This document shows positions 58,652 through 64,000 of a DNA stretch of 64,000 nt, one piece after another. A model generated the notes under the pieces. It worked only from the letters and a program-made list of their open reading frames with translations, did not search any database and was not told where the DNA came from. This DNA comes from an uncultured cyanobacterium (GTDB lineage: Bacteria; Cyanobacteriota; Cyanobacteriia; Phormidesmidales; Phormidesmidaceae), in assembly GCA_963793265.1 (NCBI GenBank), contig CAWBZI010000006.1, forward strand, positions 384,001-448,000, written 5' to 3'. Within the stretch, counting starts at the first letter, position 1. Each line of letters opens with the position of its first letter. The translations under genes were made by a program, and so were the position numbers.

Positions 58652-59497
58652 TTAGCTCATTAACGGCTCGGCAAGCTGCCTCATCAGCACAACTGCATCG
58701 TCTACTGAGATAGTTTTATGTTTGAGTGGTAAAAATTCCAGCACGCTGAAGCCTACAACATTAAAACTATCTCTTAGTCTCAACAAAAGCGCAGACAAGT
58801 TTTCTACTCGAATTCCGTTTGGCGTGGGACAGGCGACATGTGGAAATTCTGTAGGGTCGAGAACGTCTAGGTCGAGATGAATGTAGATGTTAGTGAATCC
58901 GGCTTGGGCGATCGCTGCAATCAGCCGATCATATTTCCCATCATTCACAGATTTTGCAGAAACAACAGACAGACCATGCTGACGAACAAAATCTCGCTCA
59001 GGCAGATCAAATTCTCTAGTGCCAACCAAAAATATCTGCTCTGGCTTCAGCTTAGAAAAAGCCTGATCCAAAATCTCAGTATCGCCTTCACCTAGCAGCG
59101 TACGCAACGGCATTCCGTGAAAGTGAGCGCTTGGTGAAGACGCTGGCGTATTGAGGTCGCCGTGAGCATCTAGCCAGATGAGGGCTAGGGACTGATCGTA
59201 TTTTTTATTGAGGAAAGAGACAGGCGCAATCTCGACGCTACAGTCTCCGCCGAGGGTGAATATTTTGTGAGGATTGCGAGCCTGAATCAGGTTACGAGCA
59301 GTCGTGAGCTGAGAAAGGATTTGGGCGCGTCCTAAGATATTTTCTTCAACTGTAAGAGAGTAGGCAAGCGAAGTTTTCACAGTCTCAAACGACAGGCTTT
59401 CAGACAAAGCATCATAAAGACATTCAGCCCCTTTTGCTAAGCCGATAATGCCTGAGCCCTGCCACTGAGGGAAAAAGAGATTTAGCGGCTCAGACAC
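58652..59497 (-). CDS. Arginase/ureohydrolase family protein
   Basis: Likely GTG start at 59497 (TAGTG overlap with trhO stop, GAGGA upstream); FFPQWQGSG, GGDCS, WLDAHGDLN, FHGMPL, HLDLDVLDP. Confidence 0.88.
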   Translation of the reverse strand: MSEPLNLFFPQWQGSGIIGLAKGAECLYDALSESLSFETVKTSLAYSLTVEENILGRAQILSQLTTARNLIQARNPHKIFTLGGDCSVEIAPVSFLNKKYDQSLALIWLDAHGDLNTPASSPSAHFHGMPLRTLLGEGDTEILDQAFSKLKPEQIFLVGTREFDLPERDFVRQHGLSVVSAKSVNDGKYDRLIAAIAQAGFTNIYIHLDLDVLDPTEFPHVACPTPNGIRVENLSALLLRLRDSFNVVGFSVLEFLPLKHKTISVDDAVVLMRQLAEPLMS

Positions 59498-60393
59498 TAA
59501 CGTTCCTCTGTATTGGGTTTGTTCATATGGCGCTGGCGTTTTCTTTCGCGGAGGCGATCGCACCTCTCCTCAGTCAGCTCACCAATACAGTGCGGGCAAC
59601 TCACCTCACTCTCATACTCATCACTCGCCATCTCCACCGCAGAGACAGGATGGCCGCAGGCATAGCACATTCCATAAGACCCCTTTTCTAGGCCGTGCTT
59701 AATCGCTACCCGCTCGTCAAAAACAAAACATTCTCCTTCCCAAAGGCTTTTCTCTTCAGGAACCTCTTCTAGATACTTGAGAATGCCACCTTTGAGATGG
59801 TAGACCTCTTCAAACCCTTGAGAAAGCAGATAAGAAGACGCTTTTTCGCAGCGAATGCCGCCTGTGCAGAACATAGCAACTTTCTTGTTCTTATCAGGAT
59901 CTAAGTTCTCTTTTACATAGTCTGGAAACTCATTAAAAGTCTCAGTTTTAGGATTTTGCGCCCGCACAAAGGAGCCCATACCGACTTCGTAATCATTGCG
60001 GGTGTCAATGACAGTGACCTCTGGATCTGAGATAATCTGATTCCACTCGGTAGCAGGCACATAGGTGCCGACTTGCTGCGTAGGGCTCACTTCTGGCAGG
60101 CCAATAGTAACAATCTCTTTTTTTAAACGAACCTTTAGCTTCTCAAAAGGCGGCTCGCTTGCCAAAGATTCTTTAACGTCAATATCACGCAAACGACTAT
60201 CTGACTTTATATAAGAGAGAATAGCGTCTATGCTCGAACGTGCTCCGGCAACCGTGCCATTAATGCCTTCTTCAGCGAGCAAGATAGTGCCTTTTATGCC
60301 TTCAGCTTTGCAGGCTGCTTTAATAGGATGCTGCAAGACGGCGTAGTCAGGTAGTGCTACAAATTTGTAGAAGGTTGCAACAGTTGAGGACAT
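59497..60393 (-). CDS. trhO: Rhodanese-domain tRNA uridine(34) hydroxylase TrhO/YceA family
   Basis: [48 protein letters not shown]. Confidence 0.93.
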   Translation of the reverse strand: MSSTVATFYKFVALPDYAVLQHPIKAACKAEGIKGTILLAEEGINGTVAGARSSIDAILSYIKSDSRLRDIDVKESLASEPPFEKLKVRLKKEIVTIGLPEVSPTQQVGTYVPATEWNQIISDPEVTVIDTRNDYEVGMGSFVRAQNPKTETFNEFPDYVKENLDPDKNKKVAMFCTGGIRCEKASSYLLSQGFEEVYHLKGGILKYLEEVPEEKSLWEGECFVFDERVAIKHGLEKGSYGMCYACGHPVSAVEMASDEYESEVSCPHCIGELTEERCDRLRERKRQRHMNKPNTEER

Positions 60394-60435
60394 GGGCGCA
60401 CGGCAGAAGTTGAGAGCAGTTCCTATTTTGCCATC

Positions 60436-61368
60436 TTATTTTACGTGTGAGCTGTTGAATTCGGTGAGTACGGCCTTAGCGGCTCGGTGCAATAGCGAAT
60501 GGCGATAGATGAGGGCGTTCATGTCTTCGCCGTAGCCGCCGCCGATAACACAGGCCACAGGAATACCTGCGGTGATGCAGGCGTGGAGTACGGTGCGATC
60601 GCGCTCATAAATCCCCACGTCCGTCAGCGCCAGCTTGCCTAGCCGATCGTCTTTGTGCACGTCTACGCCCGCATCGTACATAACTAAATCGGGCTGGAGT
60701 CGGGTGAGTAGGGGAGAAAGGTGCGATCGCAATACCGCCAAATACTCATCATCCCCGGTATTTTCAGCCAAGGGCACATCCAAATCGCTCCGCTGCTTAC
60801 GACCTGGAAAGTTAATGCCACAGTGCATTGAAAACGTAAACACACTTTTGTCGCCTTTGAAAATGAAAGCGCTGCCGTCACCCTGATGCACGTCAAGATC
60901 GACAATGAGGGCGGTGCGGATTAGGCGCTGGTGCTGAAGGACTTTGATCGCGATCGCCAAATCATTGAAGATACAAAACCCCGAGCCATACCCAGGAAAG
61001 GCATGGTGCGTGCCACCCGCAGTATTGCAAGCAAGCCCAGATTGCAGCGCCAGTTTGGCCGTGAGAATAGTACCGCCAACCGCCGTACAGGTTCGTCTCA
61101 CTAGGCCCTCGCTCCAAGGTAAGCCAATGCGGCGCTGGGCTTTAGCGTCTAAGGTGCCGGTGCAATAAGCCTGGACGTAATCGGGGGTGTGGACAAGCTG
61201 TAGCCATTCGGTAGGGGGTGCGCCGGGTGGATAGAGCTGGGTGGATTGGATGATGCGATCGCGTATCAGCAAGTCTTTTAAAAGCTGAAACTTAGGCATC
61301 GGAAAACGATGACCTTCAGGGAGCGGCGTTACGTAGTCTGAATGATAAACAACTGGAAAGTTAGTCAA
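60436..61368 (-). CDS. Histone deacetylase family protein
   Basis: HRFPMPKF, GGTHHA, GFCIFND, DLDVHQGDG, GVDVH, GGGY. Confidence 0.94.
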   Translation of the reverse strand: MTNFPVVYHSDYVTPLPEGHRFPMPKFQLLKDLLIRDRIIQSTQLYPPGAPPTEWLQLVHTPDYVQAYCTGTLDAKAQRRIGLPWSEGLVRRTCTAVGGTILTAKLALQSGLACNTAGGTHHAFPGYGSGFCIFNDLAIAIKVLQHQRLIRTALIVDLDVHQGDGSAFIFKGDKSVFTFSMHCGINFPGRKQRSDLDVPLAENTGDDEYLAVLRSHLSPLLTRLQPDLVMYDAGVDVHKDDRLGKLALTDVGIYERDRTVLHACITAGIPVACVIGGGYGEDMNALIYRHSLLHRAAKAVLTEFNSSHVK

Positions 61369-61412
61369 AAGGCTTCATGGCGATCGTCTTTATTTATTAT
61401 GACAACCGCTGG

Positions 61413-62249
61413 CTACTCAGCCGCCTCACCTAGCGTTTCACTCGCTATCTCTGGTACTGGATAAAAAATGGCCTTAGCCTCAGCGCTGCCAACATAGCGC
61501 CAGTGCCAGGGCTCGTATGAAATGCCCTGCGCATTATCTTGAGGAAATGAAAGCTCAAAGCCAAACTGAGCGGCGTTCTCTATCAGCCACGCATAGGCAG
61601 GGGTATCCGCAAAGGCGGCGGAGATGTCGTACGCCTGGTCTAGATTGCCGTCTGCCAAATCGACCGCATAGCCTGTGTGGTGCTCACTATGTCCGGGTGG
61701 CGCGCTCACCACAGCGGCCGCTTCAGGTGTGCCTTTGTTCGCAATTTGCGCTGTAAATAGCGTGCGCTGCTGGGCCAGTGTCCGAAAGCCAGAAGCGGGA
61801 ACGAGCCAAACCCCTTGAGCCCGAGCGGCTGATATCATCTCGAACAACGCTGCTGCTGCGTCTGGATGCAGCGTTTCGTAGCGTTTATCTTCGCCGTGAG
61901 CGTAGCTGGCAATAAGCTGCATATCAGCAGGGCTCGCCGCGACATAGGGCAGATGGCCATATCTAGGCTCAAGCTTCGGCGGCTCAAGCTTCGGCGGTTC
62001 TAGATTTGGGATTTCGCGCGCTGAAGCCACAGCTTCTACAGACTCGCTCTCAGAGAGCAGATCTGGCGAGATTACAGCGATAGGTTTCGCATCAGCTTTG
62101 TTCAGGGTGGCTTCAGATGAAAATCGAAGCGATGGAAAGGACTGTAGAATTTCGGCAAACGCTACTGCATTGATAGCCATGCATCCTGAAACTAAGGCAA
62201 TTGGCCCGGTAATGCGCAGCCAGCGGGGAAGACGGTTAAATTGCTTCAT
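61413..62249 (-). CDS. D-alanyl-D-alanine carboxypeptidase, M15B/VanY family
   Basis: SGFR...Q, APPGHSEHHTGYAVD, YEPWHWRYVG. Confidence 0.92.
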   Translation of the reverse strand: MKQFNRLPRWLRITGPIALVSGCMAINAVAFAEILQSFPSLRFSSEATLNKADAKPIAVISPDLLSESESVEAVASAREIPNLEPPKLEPPKLEPRYGHLPYVAASPADMQLIASYAHGEDKRYETLHPDAAAALFEMISAARAQGVWLVPASGFRTLAQQRTLFTAQIANKGTPEAAAVVSAPPGHSEHHTGYAVDLADGNLDQAYDISAAFADTPAYAWLIENAAQFGFELSFPQDNAQGISYEPWHWRYVGSAEAKAIFYPVPEIASETLGEAAE

Positions 62250-62304
62250 GGTAAAACGACTGAGGCTTCCTGATGTGCACTTGAGTATAAAATATCCTGG
62301 CTTT

Positions 62305-62480
62305 TTCCGTAGAATCCTATCTTTTTGACTACTCCCCGGACTGAAGGCGCGGGGATTCCCTGGTCAGTGACATAACTTTCAGATCCAACGTTACCGTCAA
62401 ACCTAAAGAGGTCGTATCTCACAGGGCGTTCTCCTTGTCTAGCAAGGTCGTTCCTGTGTGCCCCACAGTACGAAGTGCTT
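62305..62480 (-). ncRNA. Predicted TnpB omega/reRNA (right-end scaffold plus flanking guide); boundaries approximate
   Basis: Inferred from known TnpB biology: the scaffold overlaps the tnpB 3' end and right end and finishes at TCAA (62325). The guide would be the flank AAAGATAGGATTCTACGGAA. Confidence 0.6.
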
Positions 62481-63699
62481 TATTCAAAATATTGATAGCT
62501 GCATTCTCATCTCTATCTAGCTTGCACCCACACTTGCAGGCATGAGTCCTGGTAGAGAGGGACTTTTTCACTATCGTTCCGCAGCTAGAACATTCTTGTG
62601 ATGTATAGGCCGGGTCAACGGCAACCGTCACCCGACCAAATATATCGCCGTAGCGTTCTAGCCACGTTCTGAACTGATACCAACCCGCATCAGCAATCGA
62701 CTTAGCCAAGTTGTGATTCTTGACCATATTTCGGATTCTCAAGTCTTCGTACGCTACGAGGTCGTTAGATCTCATCACGGACAACGCTAATTTAACAGCG
62801 TGGTCTTTTCGCTTGCGTGAAGTTGTGAGGTCGAATCGTGCTAGTCGATTAATCGCTTTCTTGCGGTTGGCAGATCCTTTCTTCTTTCTAGAAACGCGCC
62901 TAGCCAGCTTTTTACGCTTAGCCTCACGCTTTCTATAGAATCTGGGGTTGTCTTCTTTATCACCATTGGAATCAGTGTAGAAGTCAGCTAGGCCAACGTC
63001 TAAACCGATTGTGTTACCAGATGGCTCTAGCGTCTCTTTTCTATCCACAGCAACGCAGAACTGGCAGTAGTAGCCGTCTGCGCGACGAATCAGTCTCACT
63101 CGCTTAATCAGCTTTTCAGCATAGTTTGCTAAGTCATGAGTGCCCACCAACTTCAAAAGGCCAATGCCTTTCTTGTCGGTGAAGGTAATTCGCTTAGGCG
63201 CTGTCAGCTTCCAGCCAGAAGTCTTGTACTCGACTGAGCGAGCAAACTTTTTGAACTTTGGATAACCAACTGGCTTAATGCCCTGCTTGCAGTTTTCGTA
63301 GAACCGACTAATTGCAGACCAAGCCCGCTCAGCGTGAGCCTGCCTAGCCATGCTGTTGAGTTCATTCGCAAAAGGAAACTCCTTAGCCAACTGCTTACAC
63401 AGCTTGCTCAAGTCGTATTTAGACGTACCTTTAACATCCATCCACAAACGCAAAGCTTTGTTCTGAACAAACTGCCCAGTCCTGATAGCTTCGTCTATTG
63501 CGGCAAACTGTTGAGGCTTTGCCTTGACCTTGTACTCTAGAATCAACATGTTCTTACGCTAATACAATGAGCGTAAAGTTAGGGCTAAGCACCTATGAAT
63601 ACTGGATGTTCGCTACACTCACCTGGGAGACTCGCGAGCTACATCCCCGTGCTGAAGCACCGGGCTTTGCCTGCGTTCTCCCAAACCCTCTTAGATTCG
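62325..63699 (-). mobile_element. tnpB-only IS200/IS605-family element (IS1341-type) with IS608-like ends
   Basis: Minus strand. Left end TTAC|CGAATC...AAAG-CCCGGTGCTTCAGCACGGGG hairpin; right end GAAT-CCCCGCGCCTTCAGTCCGGGG-AGTAG-TCAA|. No tnpA. The left boundary is inferred from TTAC at 63700-63703. Confidence 0.88.
62419..63549 (-). CDS. tnpB: RNA-guided endonuclease TnpB
   Basis: RuvC-I GLDVG, RuvC-II VAYEDL, Zn finger TSQECSSCG..CKCG, RuvC-III DRDENAAINI; all three acidic residues present. Confidence 0.96.
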   Translation of the reverse strand: MLILEYKVKAKPQQFAAIDEAIRTGQFVQNKALRLWMDVKGTSKYDLSKLCKQLAKEFPFANELNSMARQAHAERAWSAISRFYENCKQGIKPVGYPKFKKFARSVEYKTSGWKLTAPKRITFTDKKGIGLLKLVGTHDLANYAEKLIKRVRLIRRADGYYCQFCVAVDRKETLEPSGNTIGLDVGLADFYTDSNGDKEDNPRFYRKREAKRKKLARRVSRKKKGSANRKKAINRLARFDLTTSRKRKDHAVKLALSVMRSNDLVAYEDLRIRNMVKNHNLAKSIADAGWYQFRTWLERYGDIFGRVTVAVDPAYTSQECSSCGTIVKKSLSTRTHACKCGCKLDRDENAAINILNKALRTVGHTGTTLLDKENAL

Positions 63700-64000
63700 G
63701 TAAGGGCGATCGCACAAGCGCTCATTGATTCATCCCAATAAATACGGTTCATGCCAACAAATGCGGTAAGCCATTTCGGGATTACTAACACTACTAACCG
63801 CGTGCTCTCGTCTAAGTAAGTCTGTATAAAAACTTCTTTCTTATATGAAGAAGAAGATAGAAAAACAGACTGCCTGTAAAAACTGAAAGAAGTTGATATT
63901 TCTTTCATTATGTACGTAATTCGCTCCGTATATATGAAGTGAATAAGCGCGGTAACTATAGAGCAGCCAACTGCGCGCTGCAAGGTCTATTGGGTATATA

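Larger units (their letters stand above)
979..63713. repeat. HIP1 octamer GCGATCGC dispersed through the window
   Basis: Dozens of copies visible, e.g. 979-986, 37983-37990, 63706-63713. HIP1 over-representation is a known hallmark of many cyanobacteria. Confidence 0.95.

Noticed and set aside
63639..63983. 114-aa ORF as tnpA or as a gene interrupted by the IS
   Set aside because: No HUH or catalytic Tyr motif of a Y1 transposase and no serine-recombinase motif. It reads across the element's left boundary and cannot be supported from this window.

Overview
A 64-kb piece of a cyanobacterial chromosome: about 50% GC, dense HIP1 GCGATCGC octamers, and sasA, hemJ, hli, ycf34, pmgA, nblB, bciB, a fibrillin gene and a cyanobacterial tmRNA tag. 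It is mostly core housekeeping genes (menB, scpB, HtrA protease, murJ, mraY, cimA, asnS, nei, trhO, cobI). There is one RNA gene (tmRNA, 36715-37107, minus strand) and one mobile element, an intact tnpB-only IS200/IS605-family element with IS608-like ends (62325-63699). Points that routine annotation would miss: (1) a helically phased array of cyanobacterial DnaA boxes followed by an AT-rich tract upstream of the DUF2811 gene, with no dnaA or dnaN in the window; (2) a type-2 McdA/McdB carboxysome-positioning pair; (3) an RcaE/RcaF/RcaC-like phosphorelay whose kinase has PAS domains but no GAF photosensor, interrupted by a conserved hypothetical gene; (4) genes absent from the ORF track: an HLIP, a 35-aa membrane peptide and a gene running off the left edge; (5) single-base frameshifts in ycf34, asnS and nei and a missing canonical start in cobI, most simply explained as sequencing errors. 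All calls come from reading motifs by eye; no searches were run. I found no CRISPR array, prophage or clear defence island, and I cannot claim a proven new system.
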